In this document: positions 8,863 through 17,644 of the stretch, in pieces
Layout of the letters: each line of letters starts with the position of its first letter
Numbering within the stretch: position 1 is the first letter of the stretch
Source: an uncultured Bacteroidaceae bacterium
GTDB taxonomy: Bacteria; Bacteroidota; Bacteroidia; Bacteroidales; DTU049
Reading direction: 5' to 3'
DNA: 26,123 nucleotides
Assembly: GCA_964550265.1 (NCBI GenBank)
Contig: CAZJYL010000001.1
Coordinates: 1-26,123, forward strand
The notes under the pieces: model-generated
Databases searched by the model: none
Told to the model about the DNA's origin: nothing
The model's input: only the letters and a program-made list of their open reading frames with translations
Program-made: the position numbers and the translations under genes

Positions 8863-9261
8863 TTATTCTTTCACAAATTCTCTGTATATAAACTCACCAT
8901 CAGTGCGATTAAGAATTATCAGTATTTTTTTATTTACTGTTAAAACATTCCAGTCTCCATTATAAATTGGTTGTTGGCAGTTTTTCATGGTTAGTATGGT
9001 ATTGGATAATCCTGCTTTAACAGTGTATTCTGCCGAAAACATGGTGTCTAAAACGCTGCCACCTGTTTGGCGAGCCAGCATATATACTGTTTCTCCTTCA
9101 AAATGCCATGCCTCATAATGCGAAATCAAAGAATCCTTACTTACTTTTATTAATCGCCAATCTTCATCAATTTTGTCTTTTTTCATTTTTGTACAGGAGT
9201 AAAAAAATGTAGAGCCAATTAATAATACTCCTAATAATGCAAATTGATTAAAATTTTTCAT
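8863..9261 (-). CDS. Hypothetical lipoprotein (possibly lipocalin-like beta-barrel)
   Basis: MKNFNQFALLGVLLIGSTFFYS-C signal II; W-x-L-x-x-V start and beta-rich pattern. Start at 9261 is supported because a -7 box overlaps the longer 9288 start. Confidence 0.7.
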   Translation of the reverse strand: MKNFNQFALLGVLLIGSTFFYSCTKMKKDKIDEDWRLIKVSKDSLISHYEAWHFEGETVYMLARQTGGSVLDTMFSAEYTVKAGLSNTILTMKNCQQPIYNGDWNVLTVNKKILIILNRTDGEFIYREFVKE

Positions 9262-9281
9262 TGAAATATGAGTTTTATATG

Positions 9282-9289
9282 CAAACATA
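9282..9289 (-). promoter_or_regulatory. -7 promoter element for lipoprotein-radA-MBL operon
   Basis: TATGTTTG on the minus strand (TAnnTTTG), 20 nt upstream of ATG 9261. Confidence 0.6.
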
Positions 9290-9394
9290 CGAAAATAATA
9301 ATTACAACTTACCTGTATTGACAGCTGTAGTTGTTGTTGTAGAATTTTTGAAGTAACAAAAAAGAATTATTCAATTTGTCAGATTGTTCTTAAT

Positions 9395-9402
9395 TATATT
9401 TG
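9395..9402 (+). promoter_or_regulatory. -7 promoter element for the EamA gene
   Basis: TATATTTG matches TAnnTTTG, 17 nt upstream of the ATG. Confidence 0.6.
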
Positions 9403-9419
9403 CATCTTATTAGTAATTT

Positions 9420-10301
9420 ATGAGAACTTCTCCAAAATCATATCTTGAGCTACATTTTGTTGTTTTACTCCTTGGTTTTACGGGTTTACTTGGCAAGTTA
9501 ATTTCGTTATCGGCATTGCATTTGGTAGTGTATCGGGTGTTTTTTGCCTTTATTACATTATTCCTTTTTCTTAAAATCAGAAAACAGATAATAAAAATAA
9601 CAAAAAAGCAACTCTTATCATGTATAGCTATTGGGTTTGTTGTTGCTGCCCATTGGACTACTTTTTTTTATGCAATAAAGCTGTCTAATGTTTCAGTAGC
9701 TCTCGGATTACTTGGAGTGGGTTCATTGTTTACTGCTTTTTTGGAGCCATTTATTCTTCGTCAGCGCTTTTCATGGTTTGATCTAATTATTGGGATTTTT
9801 ATAATTATAGGTATTTATATTATTTTTCGTTTCGAAAGCCGCTATACCGAAGGTATTATCTCAGCAATTATATGTTATTTTCTTTCTTCTTTGTTTAGTG
9901 TTTTAAACAAAAAGCAGCAGGAAACCATGAACCCTGCAGTTTTAAGCATGTATGAAATGTTATTTGCATTTATATTTGCCTTTGCCACATTGTTTTTTCT
10001 GGCACCTGAAACATTTAATTCTTTTTGGCCAAAACCTTTAGACTTGACATATCTTATTATTTTGGGGTCTGTTTGCTCAGCATATGCGTTTACTGCCTTA
10101 ATCAGGCTGATGAAAGAAATGAGTGCCTTTTTTGTTGTTCTTCATGTTAATTTAGAACCCGTATATGCAATTGTTGCAGCATATTTGATTTTTGGAGAAT
10201 CCGAAAATATGACTTTCGGGTTTTATATAGGTGCATTTATAATTTTTTTATCTGTGTTTTTATATCCTTTTTTTAAACACAAAGAGTTAAAAAAATCATA
10301 A
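9420..10301 (+). CDS. DMT / EamA family transporter
   Basis: About 10 TM segments in two repeats; HWTTFFYAIKLSNVS, FTAFLEPF, NLEPVYAI, FYIGAFII motifs. Confidence 0.92.
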   Translation: MRTSPKSYLELHFVVLLLGFTGLLGKLISLSALHLVVYRVFFAFITLFLFLKIRKQIIKITKKQLLSCIAIGFVVAAHWTTFFYAIKLSNVSVALGLLGVGSLFTAFLEPFILRQRFSWFDLIIGIFIIIGIYIIFRFESRYTEGIISAIICYFLSSLFSVLNKKQQETMNPAVLSMYEMLFAFIFAFATLFFLAPETFNSFWPKPLDLTYLIILGSVCSAYAFTALIRLMKEMSAFFVVLHVNLEPVYAIVAAYLIFGESENMTFGFYIGAFIIFLSVFLYPFFKHKELKKS

Positions 10302-10315
10302 AAATTAATATGAGT

Positions 10316-10347
10316 TTTGTTTGACCCCTAAATAACTTTTATTTTTG
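10316..10347 (+). promoter_or_regulatory. Bacteroidota sigma70 promoter (-33 TTTG / -7 TATTTTTG)
   Basis: TTTG 10316-10319 and TATTTTTG 10340-10347, 20-nt spacer; supports ATG 10360. Confidence 0.65.
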
Positions 10348-10359
10348 TATAAAAAACAT

Positions 10360-10842
10360 ATGAAACCGTTAAAAATCTCGATTAGCATGGTTGTATTATT
10401 TATTATTCCTATCATAACTTTTTCTCAATCATGGACAGATTATGAGTGGAAAGAATATATGACCCAATTTAAAATTCCTTCTGATTTTAAAGTTACAGAG
10501 TCTTCGTCAACTAGGTTCAGTGCCACTAATGGTAAAATTTTAATGAGTATTTATCCACGAAGAGACGAGAATCTTTCTTGGGAAGAAATGGAAGATAATT
10601 TGAGAAGTTGGACTATAGATAACGATGTTGAAAATTTGGGCGATATAGTAGTTCTTGATGAAGAAAAAATGAACGGATATTGGGGAGTCTTGCTTGAAGG
10701 CACCAAGTCTGACTATAGTGTTGGAACTATGTTAATTGTTGACCCTTATTTTCCTGAAATTAGCCTTTATATATGGGTAACATACGATGCTGACGAGATA
10801 GATACCGTTATTGAAATGCTGATGTCTTTTACACCTGCATAA
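10360..10842 (+). CDS. Hypothetical secreted acidic protein
   Basis: Signal peptide MKPLKISISMVVLFIIPIITFS/Q; mature region has about 27 D/E versus 10 K/R; own promoter and terminator. Confidence 0.75.
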   Translation: MKPLKISISMVVLFIIPIITFSQSWTDYEWKEYMTQFKIPSDFKVTESSSTRFSATNGKILMSIYPRRDENLSWEEMEDNLRSWTIDNDVENLGDIVVLDEEKMNGYWGVLLEGTKSDYSVGTMLIVDPYFPEISLYIWVTYDADEIDTVIEMLMSFTPA

Positions 10843-10865
10843 ATAAATGAAGTTGTTTGTTTGGT

Positions 10866-10901
10866 AAAAAAAACGCCTGTATATTTATACAGGCGTTTTT
10901 T
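10866..10901. terminator. Bidirectional intrinsic terminator
   Basis: A8-CGCCTGTAT-attt-ATACAGGCG-T6 between convergent genes (10842 plus, 10914 minus). Confidence 0.9.
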
Positions 10902-10913
10902 ATTTAAATTTTA

Positions 10914-11633
10914 TCATTTTCTTCCAAGCAATCTTAGAAGCATCAAGAACAGATTTATAAAATCAAGATACAAACTCAGAGCACTTAAGATTGCCATTTT
11001 TTTGCCTGCCTCAGGATTTGCCATGGCATAAGCAGCATTGTTTTTAATACGCTGCATGTCGTAGGCAATAAGACCAGTGAATACAAGTACGCCAACAATG
11101 CAAATTACAAGATCCATTGTGTCGTTTTTTAAAAAAATATTCACAATGCTGCCAATTACAATAGCTATTAAAGCAAACATCAATATATTGCCAAATTTTG
11201 TAAGATCCACTTTTGTGGTATATCCTGCAATAGCCATTATAATAAACATGCCGGCGGTTATAATAAATGCAAGGCCGATAGTTCCAAGTGGATAAGCAAG
11301 GAAAATAACGCCTAAACTGGCCCCCATTAAAATAGAATATACAATAAATACAACAGACAGAGTGCCGGCTGACATTTTTTGATATCCCAAAGACATTAAC
11401 AAAACCAGACCGACTGGTGCAAACATAACAAGCCATCCCAGAATGCTTAATCCTGACTCATTAAATAAAAGTCGGATTAATGAAATTTCTGTTCCAAATA
11501 AATAGGAGACAACCGATGTAATAGTTAATGCTGCAAACATCCATGTGAATACTTTTGCAACAAACCCATTAAGAACGCCTACTTGGTCCTTTGTAAATAC
11601 TTGCGGATCGGAATAATTTGTGTTTTGTTCCAT
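10914..11633 (-). CDS. Bax inhibitor-1 / YccA-YbhL family membrane protein
   Basis: About 7 TM segments; VFTGLIAYDMQRIK and ALSLYLDFINLFLMLLRLLG C-terminal motifs. Confidence 0.93.
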   Translation of the reverse strand: MEQNTNYSDPQVFTKDQVGVLNGFVAKVFTWMFAALTITSVVSYLFGTEISLIRLLFNESGLSILGWLVMFAPVGLVLLMSLGYQKMSAGTLSVVFIVYSILMGASLGVIFLAYPLGTIGLAFIITAGMFIIMAIAGYTTKVDLTKFGNILMFALIAIVIGSIVNIFLKNDTMDLVICIVGVLVFTGLIAYDMQRIKNNAAYAMANPEAGKKMAILSALSLYLDFINLFLMLLRLLGRK

Positions 11634-11645
11634 ATAAAATTTGTT

Positions 11646-12290
11646 TTAATGAAGTTTTGCACTAATAAGAGTCATAAATTCTGCTCTTGTTTTATCATTA
11701 CGAAAGACTCCCGTAAAATCGGATGTTGTGGTAATACTATTTTGTTTTTGAATACCTCTCATCATCATGCAAAGATGATGAGCTTCAATAACAACAGCCA
11801 CTCCAAGTGGTTTTAAAACACTTTGAATACAATCTTTGATTTGCGTGGTTAGTCTCTCCTGAACCTGAAGACGGCGTGAAAAAGCATCAACTATTCGTGG
11901 AATTTTGCTTAACCCAACAATATACCCATTCGGAATATATGCTACATGGGCTTTCCCAAAAAAAGGCAGCATGTGATGCTCACACATGGAATATACTTCT
12001 ATGTCCTTTACGATTACCATTTCGCGATAATCTTCTGTAAATATTGCAGAACGTAATATTTGTTCAGGATTAGCATGATAACCATGGGTAAGAAACTGCA
12101 TTGATTTAGCTACGCGCTCAGGAGTCTTTAACAGACCTTCTCTGTCCGGATTTTCACCAAGGTGCTTAAGGATTTCATAATAATGAATTTTAAGATTATT
12201 CAAAGACTCTTCATCGTAATGATCAATACGATAATAAGAATCTTCGGAATAATTATCCATCAGGTTTTCATGTTTCATTGCCGGACTCAT
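11646..12290 (-). CDS. folE: GTP cyclohydrolase I
   Basis: [52 protein letters not shown]. Alternative starts at 12278 and 12260. Confidence 0.97.
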   Translation of the reverse strand: MSPAMKHENLMDNYSEDSYYRIDHYDEESLNNLKIHYYEILKHLGENPDREGLLKTPERVAKSMQFLTHGYHANPEQILRSAIFTEDYREMVIVKDIEVYSMCEHHMLPFFGKAHVAYIPNGYIVGLSKIPRIVDAFSRRLQVQERLTTQIKDCIQSVLKPLGVAVVIEAHHLCMMMRGIQKQNSITTTSDFTGVFRNDKTRAEFMTLISAKLH

Positions 12291-12313
12291 AGCTTTTGTA
12301 TTTCCCTGAAGGT

Positions 12314-12502
12314 TTATGAATTATGACAGGCTTTCCCGTTTCCACCGCAGCTGCAACCAAGAGATTCGCCGGTTTTGGGGTCTTTTACGGAGCATTGCTT
12401 TTTGAATTCGCCATTTTTTTTAACAAACATTTTAATGGCGATGCCGGCTACGGCAATACCTATTAAGGCAATGCAAACGCCTATAATAATCAAAAAATCC
12501 AT
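12314..12502 (-). CDS. Small single-TM protein with Cys-rich tail (NqrM-like / FeoB-associated-like architecture)
   Basis: 62 aa: N-terminal TM, KK, then C37-x12-C50-x-C52-x6-C59-H60; fills the gap-folE gap with 6- and 23-nt spacers. Confidence 0.8.
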   Translation of the reverse strand: MDFLIIIGVCIALIGIAVAGIAIKMFVKKNGEFKKQCSVKDPKTGESLGCSCGGNGKACHNS

Positions 12503-12508
12503 TATAAA

Positions 12509-13519
12509 TTAATCTAAATTACTAAGTCTGACTGTAAGATCGGCTAATCGTTGTGAATAACCATATTCATTGTCGTACCAGGAAACAACTTTCACCAAAT
12601 TTCCATTTATGACCTGCGTAAGTAAAGAATCAAAAATAGATGAATGTGGATTGTCAATAATATCAATACTGACAATAGGATCGGTTGTGTATTCCAATAT
12701 TCCCTTCATTGGACCATTAGCTGCATCTTGCATTGCAGCATTAATTTCTGCCGCTGTAACATTCCTTTTTAACACAGCAGTAAAATCTACAACAGATCCA
12801 TCAGGGGTAGGTACACGCATTGACATGCCGTCAAGTTTGCCTGTGAGTTCAGGAATTACTAATCCTATGGCTTTTGCAGCACCTGTACTAGTTGGAATAA
12901 TTGACATTGCTGCTGCTCGAGCACGACGTAAATCTTTGTGCGGAGCATCTAAAATAATTTGATCATTGGTATATGAATGTATGGTATTCATTAAACCATA
13001 TTCAATGCCAAATGAGTCGTTAAGAACTTTGGCAACCGGAGCTAAACAGTTGGTTGTGCAGCTTGCATTGCTGACAAGTAAGTGCTCTTTATTTAGCAGA
13101 TTGTCATTTACGCCAAGAACTACGGTTAAATCAACATCATTGCTTTTATCGGCAGGAACGCTGAGAGCAACTCTACGAGCCCCTGCAGCTAAATGTTTTT
13201 CGATATCTGCTCTTTTGCGAAAACGACCGGTACATTCAACTACTATATCAACTTCAAGATTTTTCCAAGGTAAATTAACAGGGTCTTTTTCGGCATAAAT
13301 GACAAAATTTTTCCCGTTAACTATTATGCTGTTTTCCCCAGCTTCTATTGTTCCATTAAATCTGCCGTGAACAGAATCGTACTTAAGTAAATGAGCAAGA
13401 GTTTTAGCATCTGTTAAATCATTAATGGCTACAACTTCTACGCTGTTGTCATTCAATAAAGCTTGGAAAGTAAGTCTTCCGATTCTGCCAAAACCATTGA
13501 TAGCTATTTTCTTTTTCAT
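12509..13519 (-). CDS. gap: Type I glyceraldehyde-3-phosphate dehydrogenase
   Basis: [19 protein letters not shown] active site, WYDNEYGYS. Confidence 0.99.
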   Translation of the reverse strand: MKKKIAINGFGRIGRLTFQALLNDNSVEVVAINDLTDAKTLAHLLKYDSVHGRFNGTIEAGENSIIVNGKNFVIYAEKDPVNLPWKNLEVDIVVECTGRFRKRADIEKHLAAGARRVALSVPADKSNDVDLTVVLGVNDNLLNKEHLLVSNASCTTNCLAPVAKVLNDSFGIEYGLMNTIHSYTNDQIILDAPHKDLRRARAAAMSIIPTSTGAAKAIGLVIPELTGKLDGMSMRVPTPDGSVVDFTAVLKRNVTAAEINAAMQDAANGPMKGILEYTTDPIVSIDIIDNPHSSIFDSLLTQVINGNLVKVVSWYDNEYGYSQRLADLTVRLSNLD

Positions 13520-13538
13520 ATAAAATAATTTAGAACTG

Positions 13539-13546
13539 CAAAAATA
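13539..13546 (-). promoter_or_regulatory. -7 promoter element for the gap operon
   Basis: TATTTTTG on the minus strand, 19 nt upstream of the gap ATG. Confidence 0.65.
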
Positions 13547-13566
13547 CGAAAAACTATTTTTTTATA

Positions 13567-15921
13567 TTATAAAATAATTGTAATAAAACCTTCTTTGGTA
13601 TGCAGAATACCCGAAGGATCTCTAAAAATAATTCTGTAATTATAAATATCGGAAGGTACTTTTTTGCCATTAATGCTTCCATCCCATTCAAATGAAGGAT
13701 TTGATGAGTAAAATATCAAAGTTCCCCATCTGTTATAAATACGAAACGAAAAATCTTTATCGGGAATATTTAACCCGCTAATGTGAAAATAATCATTTAT
13801 GCCGTCATCATTAGGTGTAATTGCATTTGGAATATAAAGCGTGTAGTCGGGCCTTATTGTTATTGTTTGGGTAATGGAATCGCTACATCCTTCAGCATTT
13901 TCAACATAGAGTGTAACAGGAAATTCTCCCCAAGTGTCAATAGGATAGGTATGAATAAAATCAGGAACAGAATATGTTGTGCCATCACTTAATGTCCAAA
14001 GCCAATAAGTTGGTGAGCCCTGTGAGTTGTCAAAGAAATATATTGTTGGATTAAACGACGAAGCGTAAGGAGGTTCTGTAAAAAACGAAGCAATGGGAGA
14101 TGGGATAACGTTAAGTTTTACTGATGCTGTTGCAAAACAACCTCCAATATTTTTCCCTGTTACTGTATAAGTGGTTGTGGTGGCTGGTTTCACGGTAAAA
14201 ACATTATTTACACCTCCCGGAATTTGATTTAAACTGCCATCATTAGGTGTGCTTTGCCATTGATAATTATCTGCCCCGGAAGCAGAAAGTTCTGCTGTTT
14301 CGCCTTTACAAATTTTATCGGGATAAATAGTTGCGTTAACTATAGGTTGAGGAAAAACATATACTGAAACGGAATCGGTTGCGGAACAGTCTCCTGAACC
14401 GGCAACAACAATATATGTTGAATCGTGCTGTGGTGAAACGGTAATACTGTTAGTGGTTTCGCCTGTATTCCACACGACGGATGAATTTGATATGGCATTT
14501 AAAGTAATACTTTCTCCTTCACATATATTCTGGTCTGCACCGGCATCAACAGTTGCAGCATCAATGGAAACAATAACATTATTTGTTGCTGTTTGATTAC
14601 AAAAATCGGTTACTGTAACAGTATAAGTAGTAGTGGCATTTGGTGAAACCAGATGATTTGTGGTGGCCGGCAATCCATTGTCCCATGCATAAGAATATGG
14701 TGGTAATCCACTGCTGCCCAATGCCCAAATGTTTATGGTGTCGTGACAAATTGTTGTATCGGGCGACATTAAAATGTTTATGGGGTCATAATCAAGAATA
14801 AATATTTCTACTGTATCAACAATCGTATTACAGCTAATTTGATTTTGTAATACTAGTAAAATTGTTTCTGCCCCTTCTGTAAGGGTATCCATATACGGGC
14901 TAATTGTTAAACAAACAGAATCTGTTCCTGCCGGAATTATTAAAGAGGAAGGAATGGTTGGATAATCAACCCCGTTTGTGGCAGTGCCAAGAATTGTATA
15001 ATTTACGGTAAAATTTGTTGCAGGCGGACTTGATAAATAAAAACAGGTTGTTACATCGTTGCAACCTGCTTCCATGGCAAAATTACCAATGGTGGTGTTG
15101 TTTACATAAGAAGTTGATACACTAAGTGTTGGGCTTGAAAAACTATTTGCTTCAAGAAAAACACCTGAGTCATAAGATTGATCACCTGCATCGCCAACGG
15201 CAAGTTTTATGTGGTATTGAACACAAGGAACAACTTTAGCCCATGCTGTTAAAACTTTTGTAAAGCCATCATATACAATGGTTGTTCCGCCTAATAATTC
15301 ATTGTTTACATAGTAAGTGGAATAAGAACCACTATTGACATTATTTATAGTAACAGGCAATGTTGTGTTGGGAATACGTGCTATATTATAATTATTGTAA
15401 TTCCCTCCCGAAGGATTTGGTCCTGAAATAAAAAATCCAAAAACATCATTGTATGAAGTTCCTACAAACTCGTTATACTCCTCCGAACCAAATACATATC
15501 GAAATTTTATTGTATCTGAAACAGGAATAAAGTCAAATTCAATTTTTGTTGCGTCTTTAACTGTGTATGAAGGTATAAGCGATTGTAAGTTGGCATCAGT
15601 GTATGTTCCCGAAAACTGAGTACTTACAAAATTGCTTGCGGGACTTCCAATTGCCTGATTCCCTGTACCGTTTACGTATCCCGAAGACATAATTACACCC
15701 GAGGATAAACCCAAGTTTGTTGGGTTTACGCCTGTTGTAAACTTGCCTATGGCATTAGGCTCACCGGTATATACTACATTGCTGTAGCTAATTCCTGACC
15801 CAACCAGAAAATCAACGTATTGTGTTGCGGTTAATCCTGTTGTAACCGAAAGCTGACAAATCCCATGTTGATTTAAAAATAAAACAACTATAATTGAAAT
15901 AAGCCAGCCAAATGTTTTCAT
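13567..15921 (-). CDS. Choice-of-anchor L domain surface protein with Calx-beta/Ig-like/PKD-like repeats and T9SS type B (gliding motility-associated) CTD
   Basis: Signal peptide ending GIC/Q; EFDFIP...YVFGSEEY...NDVFGFFISGP...YDSGVFLEANSF; GTATNGVDY; TTTYTVT repeats; CTD YIPNAITPNDDGINDYF...IYNRWG...WDG...GFITIIL. Confidence 0.88.
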   Translation of the reverse strand: MKTFGWLISIIVVLFLNQHGICQLSVTTGLTATQYVDFLVGSGISYSNVVYTGEPNAIGKFTTGVNPTNLGLSSGVIMSSGYVNGTGNQAIGSPASNFVSTQFSGTYTDANLQSLIPSYTVKDATKIEFDFIPVSDTIKFRYVFGSEEYNEFVGTSYNDVFGFFISGPNPSGGNYNNYNIARIPNTTLPVTINNVNSGSYSTYYVNNELLGGTTIVYDGFTKVLTAWAKVVPCVQYHIKLAVGDAGDQSYDSGVFLEANSFSSPTLSVSTSYVNNTTIGNFAMEAGCNDVTTCFYLSSPPATNFTVNYTILGTATNGVDYPTIPSSLIIPAGTDSVCLTISPYMDTLTEGAETILLVLQNQISCNTIVDTVEIFILDYDPINILMSPDTTICHDTINIWALGSSGLPPYSYAWDNGLPATTNHLVSPNATTTYTVTVTDFCNQTATNNVIVSIDAATVDAGADQNICEGESITLNAISNSSVVWNTGETTNSITVSPQHDSTYIVVAGSGDCSATDSVSVYVFPQPIVNATIYPDKICKGETAELSASGADNYQWQSTPNDGSLNQIPGGVNNVFTVKPATTTTYTVTGKNIGGCFATASVKLNVIPSPIASFFTEPPYASSFNPTIYFFDNSQGSPTYWLWTLSDGTTYSVPDFIHTYPIDTWGEFPVTLYVENAEGCSDSITQTITIRPDYTLYIPNAITPNDDGINDYFHISGLNIPDKDFSFRIYNRWGTLIFYSSNPSFEWDGSINGKKVPSDIYNYRIIFRDPSGILHTKEGFITIIL

Positions 15922-15922
15922 T

Positions 15923-17578
15923 TTATTTTTTTAATATGGTTAGTGTTCCATGATACTCCTTTGCCGGATGTTTAATTCCGGCTGATTTTTTTAAAACATA
16001 ATAATATGTACCTTCAGTAACGTCTTTTGGTTCCCAATTATTTGAATAATCGGAGTTTTTATAAATAATTTTACCCCAACGATTAAAAACAATCAATTCC
16101 GATCCCGGATAATTTTCGAGGTTGGGAAAAACTATTTTGTCATTTAGCCCGTCGGAATTAGGGGTAACCACATTGATAAGCCTAATTTCACATTCATTAA
16201 AAATAGTAATTGACTTTACTGAAGATTCATTACCGCATGAATCAAGAATTGAAACAGTATAAGTGGTTGGTTGTTCAGGAGCCACAACAACTTGATTACT
16301 ATTGCCAAGCCCATTATTCCATGAAAAATCAAATGGACCATATCCCCCGGTAAAAGAAACATTCAATGTGCTTGATTCACCAGCCTCAACACAAATAACA
16401 GTATCTCCACTCAAATTAATTGTCATAGGGTCAACATTAATAATATAAATTGTCGCAGATAACGTGTCGTCGATACATGAGACTGTTTGAGTAATGGAAA
16501 GTTTAATTTGTTCGGTTAATTCGTGAATATTATCGTTAACTGGATTTATGTTAAGAACAACGCTGCTTTGGCCAGGCGCAAATGTTACAAAATTAGGGAT
16601 AGGATTACCCGCAAGATCAGTATAGTCAATTCCATTTATGGCATCGCCCCCGATAGTGAAATTTATGGTATGTGGATTGGATAAATCTCCACTACGTGTA
16701 AAAGTATAGGTAGCATATCCACATCCTTCTACCATTGTTGAATCAAATGAGCTTCCAACAGCAGTTATACCAATGGAAGGCGAACTAAAACTTTTTGCTT
16801 TAAGAAAAACGCCGGAATCAAAATTGCCGTCATTTACATCTGCAATAGCAATTTTTATATGATATGTGGAACATGCAACAACATGAGCCGATGCTTCTAA
16901 AACCTTGGTAAATCCATCGTATTGAATTGTTTGACCATTTGTGTTGTTTGTATATAATGAGCTATACGCCAACGATGTGCATCCTCCGGGTATTCCAAAT
17001 GTTCCCATAACACCCGGATTTATGGAATTGATAGCTACAGGTATATTTGTGCCCGGAATTTTAGCAATATTCAAATTATTGTAATTTCCCCCAAGTGGGT
17101 TTGGACCCGACAGAAAAAAAGCAAAAACATCATTGTATTCTGAGCATACATATTCAGGATATTCTTCACTGCCAAATACATAAAAAAACCGTATGGAGTC
17201 GGATGATGGAATAAAATCGAATTCCAAAACAGAAGCATCAAATGTTGTATTGCCCACTATGGCACTTAACTGAGAGTCGCCGGCAACACCGCCACCATCA
17301 TCCATCACTCCTGAATTATTGGGTCCTATGGCTACGGCAATGTCTCCTGTTGCTAAAATAAGCCCGGTATCAATACCGATATTTGATACACCATGAAAAT
17401 ATCCTATCATTTCAGGACCTCCGGTAAAATGAACATTAGAAACAGATACGCCTCCGCCTAACAAAACATTTTGTACCAATTGAGTAGGGGTATATGAATA
17501 ATCAACTGAAATTTGAGCATTTAATTGAAAAAATGCACTTACGTAAAAAAGAACAACAAAAGTTTTTTTAGCAAACAT
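15923..17578 (-). CDS. Choice-of-anchor L domain surface protein with Calx-beta-like domain and T9SS type B CTD (paralog of the downstream gene)
   Basis: Signal peptide ending LNA/Q; EFDFIP...YVFGSEEY...NDVFAFFLSGPNP; GDAINGIDY; CTD NVVTPNSDGLND...FNRWG...GTYYYVL...GTLTILKK. Confidence 0.88.
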   Translation of the reverse strand: MFAKKTFVVLFYVSAFFQLNAQISVDYSYTPTQLVQNVLLGGGVSVSNVHFTGGPEMIGYFHGVSNIGIDTGLILATGDIAVAIGPNNSGVMDDGGGVAGDSQLSAIVGNTTFDASVLEFDFIPSSDSIRFFYVFGSEEYPEYVCSEYNDVFAFFLSGPNPLGGNYNNLNIAKIPGTNIPVAINSINPGVMGTFGIPGGCTSLAYSSLYTNNTNGQTIQYDGFTKVLEASAHVVACSTYHIKIAIADVNDGNFDSGVFLKAKSFSSPSIGITAVGSSFDSTMVEGCGYATYTFTRSGDLSNPHTINFTIGGDAINGIDYTDLAGNPIPNFVTFAPGQSSVVLNINPVNDNIHELTEQIKLSITQTVSCIDDTLSATIYIINVDPMTINLSGDTVICVEAGESSTLNVSFTGGYGPFDFSWNNGLGNSNQVVVAPEQPTTYTVSILDSCGNESSVKSITIFNECEIRLINVVTPNSDGLNDKIVFPNLENYPGSELIVFNRWGKIIYKNSDYSNNWEPKDVTEGTYYYVLKKSAGIKHPAKEYHGTLTILKK

Positions 17579-17597
17579 GTTTTTTAAGTTATTTGTA

Positions 17598-17628
17598 CAA
17601 AATTACAATTTATCAATTTATTGTCAAA
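17598..17628 (-). promoter_or_regulatory. Bacteroidota sigma70 promoter of the adhesin pair
   Basis: Minus strand TTTG (17628-17625), 19-nt spacer, TAATTTTG (17605-17598). Confidence 0.7.
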
Positions 17629-17644
17629 ATTTTACATGACAATA
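17619..17644. promoter_or_regulatory. Inverted repeat TATTGTCA-N10-TGACAATA, candidate operator
   Basis: Perfect 8-bp arms overlapping the -33 element above. Confidence 0.35.

Noticed and set aside
11044-11816. Cys/Tyr-rich 130-aa off-frame ORF and antisense ORFs over BI-1/folE
   Set aside because: Composition is the expected by-product of T-rich TM codons read off-frame or antisense.
12291-12313. Possible folE leader riboswitch
   Set aside because: Only 23 nt separate it from the upstream gene, leaving no room for an aptamer.
12570-13298. Two long antisense ORFs (130 and 110 aa) opposite gap
   Set aside because: Typical stop-poor antisense frame of a highly expressed, codon-biased gene; no promoter or family support.
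13567-17578. Possible diversity-generating, invertible or tandem-repeat variation in the adhesins
   Set aside because: The paralogs are diverged at the nucleotide level; I saw no long exact repeats, recombinase, reverse transcriptase or invertible-promoter inverted repeats.
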